From Lama glama (Eukaryota), in the NCBI GenBank assembly GCA_028534125.1, contig CM052816.1, forward strand, positions 63,552,001-63,616,000: a stretch of DNA of 64,000 nt, written 5' to 3'. The notes under the pieces are model-generated. The model saw only the letters and a program-made list of their open reading frames with translations, did no database searches and was not told the origin of the DNA. The first letter of the stretch is position 1. Every line of letters starts with the position of its first letter. The translations under genes and the position numbers were made by a program. Positions 46,393 to 61,371 of the stretch are shown piece by piece.

Positions 46393-49300
46393 ATTACTAC
46401 TGGGGGGTGTGTTTCTTTTACAAATATTTCAGTTTTGTTGGAATGCTAGTTTATTTTTCTCCCTTCAAATATGTACAGAGATTTTTATACAAAGAGGTTC
46501 ATAATGGCACATTCTTGGATGCAGAGAAAAAAGACTATAAAGAGATATACAAAAATGTTAATTTATTTAATCTCTAGAGAATGGGATTGTAGTTGATTTT
46601 TATTTCTTATTTTGTGCTTTTTAGCATTTCCCAAACTTTTGGCCACAAACATGCATTATTTTGCAGTAACTCAGGCTTGATTTTAGGCCCTTTTCCTTTA
46701 TTTATACTCTCCCGAGGCGATCTCAACCATTCTCATGGGTTTAAATATCATCTATATGCTGAAACTCTTACTTTCATATTTTCAGCCCTGACTTCTCTCC
46801 TGAGATCCAACTGCTCCCTGATGTCACCCTTGGATTGTCTAGTAGACATCTCACAGTCAGTGTGACTGAAGCAGAAGTCTTGACTTACCCCTCTCCCTCT
46901 GATTGCCTGATCTCTCTTTTCCAGGACTGAGTGTTTAAAAAATATATTTTGCCTACTCAATCTACACAGTACAAAATATAAAAGGCACAAAAGGTTAATC
47001 ATTAATCAGTACAAAAGATGTGCCTGTCCTAACCCAGGGTTTGTTTCCCTGTTCCCTGTCTACTCAGATTTCCTCCCCTAAAATATTGTCTGAGTTTTTA
47101 TCTTATTTGTGCACACAAATATATGTGAATATACATTTTAAATTGTACATAAAAGCATCTTTTATCCACTACTCAGCATTCTGTATTTTTCTCTTAACAA
47201 CCCCTGTTGGAGATAACTCTATACCAGTACAGATAGAGCTGTTCATTCTTTTTAATACCTGCATACCATTCCATTTTGTGAATAGGGCTAATTTTTTTAA
47301 AACAAGACCTTACTCTGAGGCTAGATTCTTTACATTCCAGTTATATTATGTATAATAAAAATTGTAATAAAAATTGTACCATATCAGGCTTACTATCATA
47401 CAGTTGTCTTTTTTTAACCTGTCAATATATTGTAGGAATTCTTCCATATTAGTACACACAAAACTACCACTTTCGTTTAACCACAGCCTTTATTATAATA
47501 TGGCTGCACCATAATTCATCCAACCACACCTTTGCTTACAAGCACTCGGTTTTCACCAGTCTTTTGCTTTCACAAGCAACTGTGTGATGGACATCTCCCT
47601 TCAATTCCCTGTGGCAATGCTCACCACACCTTGTTTCTTTTTCTCCAGAGCACACAGCTAGTCTACATTTCCCAGGCTCCCTTCCAGGTAAATAGGGCAA
47701 GTTCTTGTTAGATATACTTCTGGCAAGACAATGTGGGTTGAGTGTGTGATATTTTTGACTTCTAGACCTGGACCATAAACATCTCCCACACACTCTCTTT
47801 CTCCAACTTCCAGCTTAATAGAGGGGACTCCAAAGACCTAGAGAAGGGTGGAGTCACCAGACAGTTCTCTGAATGACTTTGTGAGCAGAGTCCCACTCTT
47901 GACTTGCACTGGACTGTGATATGAGCACAAAGTACACACTTACTTTATTGAACCCCTGAGATTTGAGAGGTTATTTTTCACTTTAGCTTGTCTATCCTAA
48001 ATAATACATGCTTCTACAAGTATTTTTGTTAAGTGAATTTTAAGGATCACTAAGCCTAAATAGCCTAAACATTTTAAATTTGACATTTATTGTCAGTTTG
48101 TTTTCCAAAAATGTACATTAGCTTACACTCCCTCCAAAACAGCATGAAATAGTCAAGGAGTAAAAAAAATTAAAGCTTTTAAATTAAAACCACCAGCCTG
48201 ACGAGCTGTGGATTCCAAGGGGCTAACTGCTGTATATTCAGTGGTGCCCCTCTTACAGTGTCATGGAGTCCATATGTACCAATAGAAGAATCTTTCCCAG
48301 CTTGGACTCAAACAGGAAATTGTATTTCTACTCCTTCTGCCTCTAGCAGGCTTCAGAACTCATCCTATCATCCTAGCACAGACAGAAGAGTGAGTCAGGA
48401 GCAGAGAGCCCTCAGAGCACTAGGAGCTGCAGGACTGAGTGAATAGACAGAGAAACCATTCCAACAGAACAGCTCACCGGCAGCAGACATTTTGCAGAAA
48501 TGTCCTGGTGAAAGCAATGTTTCTTTAGAAATCAATTGATGAGGACTTCATCCGAATTTGTTCAAAATTCAGATTAAAAAATAGACAACCAGAAGCAAGT
48601 ATTGATTAATTACTTTCTACAATGGGCATTGGCCAGTACAATTCAAGAAAGTAATCATTCTGCAGAAAAGAAATAATCAGCAGAAACTTTTCCAATACAT
48701 AAAGGAAAAGAGAACTAGACCAGAGCAGACTCCATTCCCTGCTCAACATCTGCCAGAAAGATTTATTAAATCCTAGTGAGAAAAAGTAGAAGTTAAAATT
48801 CGAATCCTAAATGTATATATATATATATATATTTTCTAAAATTGACTATACTGCAAACTGTATATCAGTCTTATTTTCTTAGTATGGATTGGATTCTCAA
48901 TTAATCCTATAGTTACCTTTAATAAAACCCCATGTTAATTCTTATTGATATTCTTATGAGAGTGGGATCACATGCAGTCCTAATGGACAAAGTGCAGGTA
49001 TGATTTTGGTGCTCAGAATGGGCATTTTAGATCAACCACATGCCTTTAAAAGTGGTGTCTTGAAAAGACATGTTTCTGCTGAGGGCATTGCATTTTTCAT
49101 AGGTTGTCAGCTTTTGGAGAGGTCTGGCAAAAGTGTTAGCTCCCAGTCAGAGGCAGTCTGGAACTCAAGGATATGAAATTAACTTATTAGTGGCACAGTT
49201 CTGGGATGCCCAGAAATTGCTGTTCTGTACAGGAAAAAGCTGGGGCATTGAGATGGTTGAAGAACAATGGAAAAGTCTGATTTGACATTAAGCTACCAAC

Positions 49301-51724
49301 CTGGGGTTCCTTACTTTCCCAGGTTAACAATAGTACTAAACTCAGAGGCTGAGGAAGGAGGACTTTAGATAGCTCTAATTGTACACATTGGAGGATTTGA
49401 GGGATAGGAGTCCTGCCGGAGTACACTCGTGTCTTATTATTTATTTTTGTATCATTTCATTCCTTTATTTATTTAACACAACTTCACTCAGTATCTACTA
49501 TGTGCTGATCACGTGCTTCAGAGAATACAATGGCGAACAAAGCGGACCTGGTCCTTACTCTCAGGGAACTTAAGAGTTTCATATGGTTGTCCAAGAATGA
49601 TGACCAAATTGTTTGGTGCCTGGAATGGCATATGGGCGCTGACTATTAGAACAGACCCCAGCCATTATGTTGTACCAGTGTGTACAACCAAGTATCATCT
49701 CTGAACTCTATTAAATTTATTAATTTGTTTTATTATAAATAAATATATATACATATATATAAATGTGTAGTACTTTCTGGAAGACTGGAGAAAAGCAGGA
49801 TTTTGATTTCCAATCCTCAATTAGCTATACGTAACTGCACTGGTACTGTGGAAGTTAAACATGTATTCTACCTTCCTCTTTTATTGCAAGCCCCTAATTT
49901 CTGCAGGTAATCCATCTTCTTCCACTCTGCTTTGTGCTTCATGAAGCCAGTCACTGTAATTATTTCCATTGCTACTGATTGGTTTAGGAATAACTATGTG
50001 ACTCAGTTCTGACCACTGAGACTTGAGACACTGGCTGGGAGGTTTCTGAAACAAGTTCCCTTCTTTTTAGAAAGAGACACAGAACAGATATAGTTGTTCA
50101 TATGTGGCAACCATCTTGCAACCATGAGACAGGTAGCCTGAAGACAAAGTCAACACGGGAGGGATGTCACAGCACAAGGCTAGGGTGTACCTGCAGCCTT
50201 GATGAGATACCAAGCAACTAAATGGAACAGCTCTGGAGCTGCCTGTCTGTGGACTTCCTACAACATGAGGCAATAAATGTCTATTGTTTTAGGTCCTCAA
50301 GTCAAGCTTCCTGTTACTTTCAGTTAAAAGCCTGATACTTTCCTGAGAAGAGTCACTACAGATCATTTGATTACAGTGACTGGATAGGAAGTGAATGGTT
50401 ATAAGAAGGAAATGAAAGGTTTCCTTCAGAACCTGTCACAAAATTGTAAGCAGGAGTGAAAAAAACTTTCATTGTTTGCTAGGAAAAGCTTCAAGAGGTT
50501 TCCATGACTTTTAGGAATTCTGAAGATGACAGTGAGTGTGTGTGTGTGTGTGTGTGCATGCGCGTGTGTGCTGTGTATTCATAACTTTAAATCTCATGGA
50601 GAGTTCCTTCCATGCTTTTGTTTTTATCAGTAAATGAATGTTTCAAAGGCACTGTAGTTATTATTTCTCGAAAGGGCACTAGATGAAGGAATGAGCCGTG
50701 GGCATATGCTAAATGCTTTACGTAAGTTATCTTCATTGTTCTTCAAAAGAACCCCATGAAGTAGGTTCTATTATCATTCCCATTTTGCCTAAAAAGACAT
50801 TATGGCTGAGAGAGTTTATGTAACTTGCCTAAAGTCCCAAGTAAGAAGTGAAAACTGAGGTCTGAACCTGAGGTCTGTGTGACTCCAAACCCCAGGCACT
50901 GAAGCCTTATGCTGGGCACAAGGACATATAGGCCACTTTCCAGAATCTTCCTTTGGTTGTGTTCCTTCACAGACCCAGCCACAATGCCTGGAGGTTCCCT
51001 TGTTAGCTGTGCAAACAGCCAAGCTGGTTACACAATAAAGGAGAGAGGCCAATTCTGGCATTAATTTTAGGGAAAACCACAGATGTCTTTGATGTTTTCA
51101 TTGTGCATGAGAACAGAGTCAGTGATCTGACAGCTGCTGGCAGCCCTCATCAAATATGCAGAATATTAAGGCAGCTTTATCTAAGCTTCTAATTACAGCT
51201 GGCACAGAGGAAATTTATTTTGCAAAGGAGGAGATGTCAAATGGTATAAATGCAACATATAACCAAATAAGATTGCCTCATTCTATTTTCTCAGGGCTGT
51301 CCGGTAACAGAGCACTTATTGGAAGAGTGTTTCTTAAATGATGTTCCTCTCAACTTATGTAACCCAAACTTTGTTTTAAATATTATTGGAATAGCTCAAC
51401 TACCTTATTATCTGCTGCTTCAATTTATTTCTTTTTTCTTCAGATATAAAATATTCAACACTTAATTCCAAAAACAAATGTAATCATGACATTCTTTTCT
51501 GGTCCAGATTTTTACACTCACATAACCAATGTGTTGGGACTATAATTTAATGTCTTTTACTATCAAAAATTGTTTCATATTTGTAACAGAGAAATGGCTT
51601 TATAATGCCAATCAGGGGCAAAGCACTAATAGTTGGCTACTTCAAATACCATTATCATAGCAGGATTAGGCTCTGCTTCACATGTTTGGTCAAAGATGCT
51701 ACAAGCTATTTGAGGCTGCAAGCT

Positions 51725-52031
51725 GTGTGAGGCTGGGACGAATGCGCACTGCCTAGATTTCCTTCAAGGAAGGGCTATTGCCCAGTTGTGGGAGAGCACT
51801 CTAGCCATTTGCTCTTCAGGGTCTGCCCCAGCTGTAGAGACCCCCTCCCGATGTCATGCCCTTCCAGCGACTGAGTGAGCCTGGTTTGGGAGACTCTGAG
51901 AGGCAAATCTCCCTCTGCTCCACCTTCCTCCTTCTCTTCCCCTTTAGTGTTGATCTCCCATAAACATCTTACACCCCAGATTCCATTTTGTCATTTCCCA
52001 GCATCTGCTTCTAGAGAATCCAACCTATGAC
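51725..52031 (+). mobile_element. ERVL LTR (LTR16-like)
   Basis: TGTG start; ends CATCTGCTTCTAGAGAATCCAACCTATGACA. Confidence 0.6.
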
Positions 52032-53569
52032 ACCAAGCAAAGTGAATGACGTTAAAACAGTCCTATTTTGTGGGGAGATGATCTTTCAGCCATCATTTGA
52101 GTAGACTATATGTTGAGTTAAAGTCCATTGATGTCTTTTGTTATTAAATTACCACATTAAAATTTATCAATATTATATACCAGAAATTTAATTGTTCTCA
52201 ACACACTGAAATGCTTTGCTAAAACAATACACCTTTTTCTTCTCTTTCAGCCTTCCTTGACTTCAGTGTATCATCTGACACTCTAAGCCTCTCTCTCCTT
52301 CAACTTTTTCCCTTTCATTTAAAAGAAATGACTGCTCTGTTATACTTTGTGCTTGTTGCCTGCCTTATGATGCTGGACCTCAAGATTCTGTCCTTGGCTC
52401 TGCTCTTTGACCTGTACTCACTTTTCCCAGATGACCCATCACATGGCTTCAACATCTGCTAATACGCTGGTTACGTCCATTTTTGAGTTTATGGTTCAGA
52501 CCTCGTTGCTGAGCTCCAGAACCACACAGTTTCCTCAGACAAGAATAGCCCAAATCCTTCCTTTCATAACACCACAAAATGAAAATAACCAACAATGGCA
52601 ACCTGTTCACCATCCAATAGTCTTGTATCAATGAACAGCACCACTACTCACCCTGTGATCTTAGCTTGAAATCTGGGAGAAAACCTACACTATCTCCCAC
52701 AAATTCTCCATATTCAAGCAGTCCCAACACCTCAGATTCTCTCTTCTAAATAACTTGAGTCATCTCACCTCTTTCTTTCCACTGTCTTTTTTCTCCCTCC
52801 ATGGGTGGCTTAATGTCTCCAATATTGTCCTATAGCCCTTCTCCTTAAACCTCTTCTTTTTTTCTCTAACATCTGATCATGCTATGTTGCTGCTGAAAAT
52901 CTTCTCATGGCTGCCAGCCTAACATACAAGGCCCTTAATGACGCGGGCTTTATCTGGCTAGTCTCGTTGTCTACCATTCGTCAGTGTCTACCCTGAGCCC
53001 TAGGCATAAACGCATCAGGCACGGCCGTGCTCTGGTGCCTTAGCCAGATGCGGTTCCCTCTATCCTCTGCAAGAATATCCTTTCTGTTCTCCTTCATCTT
53101 CTCTTCAGCCAGCTCTTCCTCATCCTTCAAAACTCAGGTCCTGCTGAGACCACCTTTGGGAAGATCTTCCCAGATCCCCCTGGCACTGAGCATATATCTG
53201 TCAAGACCTTTGTCATATGTGAAGGAACTTGGTTTATTCAAACTAGTCTACAAAACTCCTTGAGAATAGGGGTTGTATCTTATTGGAGTTCATGTCAGGA
53301 TATACAGCATAGTGCCTGTCACAAAGTAGGCTTCATAATGTGTTTGTGAGATGACTGGAAATGAAGTTGTATACAAATGTAATTACTTTTCAGTGAACCA
53401 TTGTAATAGTGGATTTCTAAAATGCACATGCACATATTGACATTTTGTCATGTTGATCCTGGGCACATTTTAGAAAAGGTTTTTATCAATACCATATATT
53501 ACACACACACACAGATTAGCAAGATTTACATTGGCCTTTACTTTAAAAATTATCTGTAACAAAATTACT

Positions 53570-53820
53570 GATATATAAATTATATATAATGTAAAATTAT
53601 TTTCATATAATTTTATAGTGTATATTTATTCTATACATATATAGAATATAAATTATTTACATACAAATTATATAACATTTATATAAAATATACGTTATTT
53701 TATATATTTTAATGTTTATTACATAGTTTTATAGAAATTTCTATAGCTATATAATGTTATAAATATATTTATATATAAATTACAGATAACTTTATATATA
53801 TAATCTAAAGTTATTTTAAT
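53570..53820. repeat. AT-rich low-complexity tract
   Basis: Degenerate (TA)n. Confidence 0.85.
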
Positions 53821-55599
53821 GTAGCTTTGAAAGGAAAAGCCAGGGTAGATGTTGCTAATGAGGACTTCTGAGTAGGTGTAGTGTTTTTCATGGAGTAGCT
53901 GACACATAATTTCTGCCTCTTCAAACTGATTGTCAACATATGTGTAAATAACAATCTGCTGACTTTGAAAAATTAGTTATAATCCATTTCACATAATGCA
54001 TGCAAAGCACAGCAGGCAATGGCCCATAATTGAAGGATTAGTTTTGGGCCTTAGGGTGGTTTTTAAAATTCACAGGCTGATAGAATGTTACACCCCATAT
54101 GGACCCAGAATATTCTCATCAGGGAGTTTCCAGCACTCCCTCTCCTCCTACAGAGTACGACATGTACCGGGTACCAAGAGAGGGAGAAACTCTCCATCCA
54201 TCAGTACAACAGCTGGAGATCTTCCCTGATGATAAGGTGAGCAGGAGGCTGAAAATGCCTTAGAAGAATCTGAATTGGGCCTGAAATGGAACAAATCTGT
54301 AAAACCACTTAGGTCAGTTCTAATTTTTCTGCTATCAAAGGCACACTGCAGAGTTTTTTTTTCTCACAGCTGAACCTTGCATCCTGCTAACACTGCGCTA
54401 CGCACACTGCTTCTCTCACGTCTTAATGGCTTGCCAGCGTGAAATGACGCTGCCATGTGACTGTTACATCCTTTACATCTCTTCGCTGACTTCCTCTCTT
54501 TACTCCCACCTGTCTGCATCGATCTATACCACTTCCTTTAAACTTCTGCGCCTGCTTTTTATCTCCTGTCATTGCTTTCCTCTCCTGTTTGTCTTGGTCT
54601 TGTATGATCCTTTCTGAATCTCTCACATCGGATCTCTCCAAGCCCCATTTTCACTGGTCTAATCCTAGCAGCACAGGCTGGCACAGGCTGGGAAGGAGGA
54701 GAAAAGAAACTCTTCTTACTAATCTGCATGGTTTCTTTCTGCTCCTGGGTAGGGGTGCAAGTGTTTTTATGAACTGTTCTCATTAGTATGAAATGCCTAA
54801 CAAAGCAGTGATTTGGCAAGCCTGAAGTCACACACTGGGACTCATAGCAACTTGCTTCTACTAGCAACATGAGGATTAGAAACACTTCCTTGCCAAGTGG
54901 TTTTGAATCAGCCAGAAGTGGGGGAACAATGAGTTTGGATGCCCTTTGATGAGGGTGACAAAGCTTTAGAGCATTTGTTAATTGCCCAGTCCTTTGTTTG
55001 TAGAGGCAAAATAGACACACATACATTAAAAATGTTTCTTGGTTACTTATTACGCTTTATGTTATTTTTAGTAAGAAAGCCTGAGTTTGCAAGTGAAGCT
55101 TATAAATCATGTCAGACATCTTTGCAAAATGAAGCTAAAAGATGATTTTCAAAGAATCAAAAATAGCATATTTCTACAGTGACTTATAGCTGCATCAGGA
55201 ATGCATTTGATGTTTTTAAAAAGGAATAATTGACTAAAATTTTAAGTATCTGCTTTCCCTGAGCAATGGAAAGAAATGGTAAAAGTTATGCTGCGTATGT
55301 GTGGGGGATGGAGGTGGGGTCTAAACTGGAAATGAAATTTCTTGAAGGAAATCTACAAAACGGGCCAAGCACACATGGATTGTGTGACTTCATTTAGTTG
55401 GAGAAGGAATGCTGACCATGCTGATCTCAGATGTCTTCCCCTAGGAGAGATGATCTCTCTTCTCTTGGAATGGCTATAGCCCTGAAAGTCTGTTCCACCC
55501 TTTGGCACTTATGCTATCCTGTAATATTATCTCTTTTAGAAATGTTTTATCTCATAACAATTCTTTTTATGCATCTAATTTACTGAGGATCTCCATTCA

Positions 55600-55714
55600 T
55601 TCCAAGTTGCCCGAGGCAGTTCTAATTTATGCCTGTTGCCATGGTAAAATTATTAATAGTGCCCCCTTTCACTCTTAAGTGTCCTGGTTTGGATGGTAAC
55701 TTATAAGGTTACCA
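55600..55714 (-). mobile_element. hAT-Blackjack MITE (MER81-like)
   Basis: ATTATTAATAGTGCCCCCTTTCACTCT...GTGTCCTGGTTTGGATG. Confidence 0.65.
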
Positions 55715-58700
55715 CAGTTTTACCTCAACTAAACTGAAATCTCCTGTATCAGTCAAGGTTTTAACAAGAAAGAGCACACTCTACAGGGATTTTAAAGAGA
55801 TCTCGATGAAAAGATTATTTACGGAAGCTTGTGGTCAGGGTTAAGGGAATTAAGAAAAGATTGAAACATAAGGCCTGAAACAAAGGGAGGAGATGATGTT
55901 ATGGCAGCTTAGGTGAGAGGCAGAAACTTAGAAGAGAGCAGCCCCAGAGAACCCACAGTCCTGGGAGGACTCAACACTGCAGACCTGGCCAAGAAAGAGA
56001 AGCAATTACCTACCACTCTGTCCTCCTATCATTGGTCTCCTGACTGTGCCTTCTACTGGTTGAACCCAAATAGAAGTCAAGGGCAAAGGAGCCCTGGTGA
56101 GAAAGTTGGAAGGTGTTAGCTTCCCTCAGAGAAAGGGCAGAGAAAGGCAGAGGATGGATTGAGGGAGTCAGGGAATCAGGGGTCTGTGGGACCTGGCTAA
56201 CAGGGATACAGCTCCTTAAACAGAGTCTCTTTGTCTTAAGTCGATTAAAAAACATCTGTGGGCACACATGTGACATACTGCAGGAAAAGCCCTGACGAGA
56301 AAGATTTGGTAGCACCTTTAAGGAATATACTTCTTTTGCTAGGGAAATAAGAAATAAACAAGAAAAAGTTAAACAAGACTGAAGCAAAATAACAGTTGAG
56401 AATATGATCCAAGAGGTGATTGTTGGATTAACGCTTATAGACCCTAGATGTTAAGAGTTCAAAGGATGAAGGATTACAATGAACTGGAAGAATCTGTAAA
56501 AGAATTTATGGAAAAGGAAAGGTTTTCAGTGGTACAAAAATCCAAGCCACCTTGACACTGGCAAAAAGGAGAGGCAGGCCTTTGGGTGAACGGTATGACA
56601 AAAGCACAGCTGTCAACTTGAAACACATCTTCCCCTACTAGGAAAGCTTGAGATCCTTTGGAGATTTTCAAAAATTTCAAAATTGTCCCAGGAAATTACC
56701 TATGGAATTGTCTAAAGGGAATTAATTGGGTTGTAAGAGATATGAGTTATAAATGGCCATTTATTAATTTCTTCAGCAAACATTTATTGAGGAGTTGGTA
56801 TTTGTCAGGCACTGTGTTGGATCTGCTGATGCCAAGGAAAGTAAGACATTGTCTTTTCCCTAAAGGAAAGAGAATTGAAAATGTAGCCCAGGAAGCAAGT
56901 CATTATTTTGCCCTGTGATTGCAGAAGTATGCAGAAGTATGCAGACATAGGATATCATGTAAATGAGACCCAGGCAGAAAAGGTGGGGGTAATTAAGGAA
57001 GACTTCCTGGAAGAGGTAGTACAATCTGAGTTCTTAAGGGCAGGCAAGAATTTTGCATTTGTGTATCCATTTATTTATATCCATGCTGCAGTGTTCTAAA
57101 AAAGAAAGTAAGATGACTGGCTTAAGCAACACATAGCAGAATATAAAGAAAATTAGATAAAACATGGAGTGATCTTATTTGCCACTTATATACACTGTCA
57201 TGTTTGATTTCAGAACAGCATTATAAGGTTTTAATTTTATCCTCATTTATTGATGAGGAAGCCAAGTCTTGCTGGTAAAAAACATTGCCCAAAGCACAGT
57301 CCTGACAGGCAGTGGCAGCAGAACAGAACTAGGCTATTTTGACACTAGAGTCTGTGATTTCTAGTATAAGAGATGAGTTTGTGGCTTAACTCCCCTGCAT
57401 AGAGCTTGTGGCCTGAAGGTGCTTCACAGGGTAGTAAAGGATAGCTGTGCAGTTTGAGGGACTGAAGAGTAAGTCAGTGAAGGGACTGGGAAAGGTGGGC
57501 CAAGCAAAAGAATCCATGTGTTCAAAGTAAGAGGGGTGTGACAGGGCATCGCTTGTTGGAAGGAAGTAATAGCTCATTATGACAGGAAAAATTCTTAGTA
57601 GAAGAGTGGTGAGAGATGGGGCTGGAGGGGAAGCAGAGGCCAAATCTGAAGGGCTTGGTTTATTCCTTCACCTGAAGGCAGTGGAAGCTTTGGGAGGAGC
57701 TTAAGCAGGGAGTGACACAACCAGCTCAGAATTTTAAAAAGCTCCGTAGGTCAGCAATGTGGGCCCCTGTGGGTCAGGACAAGACTGGAGGCAGGGGGGG
57801 GGACTCAGGAGGCTTGCTGCAGTCGTTGCACAGGAAGATGATGACAATGGGAAAGGAGGGGTTAGAATTGGGAGCTATTAGGGAGAAACCATTAGACAGA
57901 AGTGGGCACCTGGATTTGGGGGAAAAGGAGACAAAATCTTCCTTGAGCAGCTAGCTGGGTGATAGCATTCATGAAAAAGGAATCCTGTAGAATAATTTTG
58001 AATTTGGGGGCAATGAGTTTGCATAATGATGGCCAAGAGTAACTAATAAAGAAAATGAGCTTAGCTTTTTTACCTTCCTATTCTGTCTAGTTGCTTAGTT
58101 TATTGTTGCCTTAGAAAAAATATGAGAGCCCCAGAGAAAATATTGGTTGTCAACAAAAGTTAAATGTATTTTTTTATTTTGATAAGGCTTATTGTTTTTA
58201 TTGCAAAGGTAATATATATGCAGAAAATTTAGAAAATACAGACACAAAAAAATTGTTGCTGTTACCCAGATACAATCTTACTATGACTTGTAACATTTTG
58301 GTGTTACCTTTTCAGGTTTTAAAAAAATATGTATTTTTTCCCCTAAAAATTTGAGTAATGTTCTCATGATTTAAATATGTCATGCACATCTTTCAATAAT
58401 ATTAATGATTCTATTAGATCATTTTGGAGACTGCATGGTATTCCATTTATGAATGTGCTGTATTTTATTGAACTGTGTTCCTGTTGTAGACATTTAAGTT
58501 GTTTCCAGCTTTTTACTATTATAAACAACACAGCAATAAAGTAATTAGGATGCAAATTTCCTAATTAACCTTTGACTTTTTCATGGTACAATTTAGATTA
58601 TGAAATCAAGTTTGGGCATGCTTTGCTTTTATAAAGTGGTTGTACACAGAAGAGTTATTTTTAAAATGCTCCGAGAGAAATATACAATGTCCCTTTTAAT

Positions 58701-60930
58701 TCTCAAGAGAATTAAATATATTGAAGGAAAATAAACTGATATAAATGTGTATCAGAGGAAAATAATTATAAAGGAAATTGATGAGGTCATTAAGAAGGAA
58801 GTATGGAAACTGTCTGCGAGTTGAGTCACCCTCTATTTTCAGCCAGGATATAGACCATGTTTCCTAATGGGATTCCTTTGCTTTAATGACTTTTTCAATG
58901 TTTCCCCAAGGAGCAAAAAGATGTGATCAACTTTTCAAAATGATCTAGGAATTGATCAACCTTGTGAAAAACTGCAATCATAGTTAAATTCAACTTCCTT
59001 TTCATTGTGTATGATGACTCTTTGGCATATATCTTTTAAAGTTTTTGCTTAATTTAGAAGCAATCCTTGGAGCCAGACAATATATTATAGGCTCTTTTTC
59101 TGGACTGATCATTGTCCTCCTCAGAATCCTGAGTAACTGCACTCTGTGCTGGGTGCCCTTGTCAGGGATCTAGCCGTCACATACCTGAAATTCCTCTTCC
59201 TTAATGAAGATGATGCAGACCACTCAAAGAGATACTTCTGGCTTGCCTGGACAAGGCTAGGCTCTTGGTACTAGCACAAAAGGAATCTAGGAGGCCAGTG
59301 ATAAAGGAGTGGTCTCTGTCCAGACACCAGAATGCCCAGATTCCCCCAAAGTGTCTGGAAAATCATTCGTAACTGAAAATCATTCAAGACATCTTGGCTG
59401 GATGCGGATAACATCTCACCATTCTCAGCACCTGTTTTCTACCGCAAATACCTTTTACTCTAAAAATAAAATGAATAGATAATATAGTAACCCTACACAT
59501 AATATTAAAAGATGATGGCCTAAGAAAGGAGAAATTAAAGAAAGCAATTTATAATAAAGAAACACATGTTGTAGTCAGATGCTGGCACTTATGGAATCAC
59601 CATGATGGTGACAGCCACAAATGCAGACTGATACTGGCATGTTGTATTAATAACTCAAATCCTGCACGTGGCATCACCATTGCTGATGTGATTTTCCAAA
59701 ATGAGAAACAATTCTGAGCAAAGGTTTGAGTGAGACAATGTCTAATCTTCCTTGCATTTATGTGGTAGTTGCATTCCTAGAAAATTCAGTGCACTTAAAA
59801 CCATTCAAAAATACTTTGTGCTTTATGTGTAAAAGAAAGTTAGATTTTAGGCTCAGATCTCTGTAAACAGATTTTTTACCTAGGAATGACATCCAAAGCT
59901 CTTCTCTGACATGAGATAGCTCTTTCGTTGTATGACTGATCACAAATTGTTGGAGATCTCTAATCCTAGGACCCTGAACTGTTATACTCCATTCATTGTG
60001 CAAACCAAAAACACCCACGAAATTACAGAATGTCCCCTTAGAGGGGTTTATTTCCCCCATCTTCACCCCAACTATGGCTTTTACAGATTCTGACTCTTCT
60101 TGACTTAGAAGGATTTGCCTCTGAGGTGGAGAGAACTAGGTCAACCTGAATTACCTCATGGTTTTTCAAAAATTGTGGTAAAAGATATATATGATAAAAT
60201 TTGCAGTTTTAACCATTTTAAGTGTACAGCTCAGTGGCATTAAGTATATTCACACTGTGGTGCAGCCATCACTGGCATCCATTGCTATGTTTCCATCTTT
60301 TCCTCCTGACTTTTTAAAAAGAAATGTAGTGTGTTTTATTTCTAGTTTTCTTAGGTCTTCTCAGTGGTGCCTACTTTGAGCATTGGTCTGTTTCCTGATT
60401 CTGATCAGGCCAGATCTGTGACTCAAGTTTTTTCAAGTTGGCCATGCACTGACCTCTGTCTGTGCTGACCACACTCCTGCCCCCCGTCATGTGGTAACCA
60501 CACAGCTTCCCTACTCTCAAAGGCCTTGGCCTCCAGAGCTTGACTGCTGTGTCCAAGGCTGAGTAACCCCATTCCTCATCAATCGCCACTCCAGAAGATT
60601 CACTCCTCCCTTGGTACATCATTTCAATTAATTCAGTCATTTGAGACCTCCTCATATTCAACCTCACGTTCCTGCTTTGTCTGTCTACACCTCTCTATCT
60701 GAAATCATGCCCTGTTAGGGCTGCATAGTCAGTAGAAGAGGCAACTTGGCATTGTGGGAAAAGCACCAAACCTGGACTCAAAAAGCGTGCTAACTCCAGT
60801 TTTGTCACGTACTAGCTGAGTGACCAAGTTCAAGAGCTTTCACTGCTCCAAAGCTTTATTTCCTTATTTGAAAACAAGGGGGACTGGTCGCCAGACACTC
60901 TCCAGCTTTAAAAAATACAAGTTTCTAAAT

Positions 60931-61371
60931 GACACCTGCACCCCAATGTTCATAGCAGCACTATTTACAATAGCCAAGACATGGAGATGGCCTAAGTGTC
61001 TATCAACAGATGACTGGATAAAGAAGCTGTGGTATATTTATACAATAGAATACTACTGAGCCATAAAAACTGACAACATAATGCCATTTGCAGCAACATG
61101 GATGTTCCTGGAGAATGTCATTCTAAGTGAAGTAAGCCAGTAAAAGAAAGAAAAATACCATATGAGATCGCTCATATGTGGAATCTTTAAAAAAAAAAAC
61201 CACAAATACAAAANNNNNNNNNNNNNNNNNNNNNNNNNNNNNNNNNNNNNNNNNNNNNNNNNNNNNNNNNNNNNNNNNNNNNNNNNNNNNNNNNNNNNNN
61301 NNNNNNNNNNNNNACACTGGAATTTGACACAACATTGTAAAATGACTATAATTCAATTTAAAAAATGTTAA
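60931..61371 (+). mobile_element. Young 5'-truncated L1 (ORF2 C-terminus plus 3' UTR; contains a 100-N gap at 61214-61313)
   Basis: DTCTPMFIAALFTIAKTW peptide; perfect 21-bp TSD AAAAAATACAAGTTTCTAAAT (60910-60930 and 61372-61392) at a TTT/AAAA endonuclease site. Confidence 0.95.
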
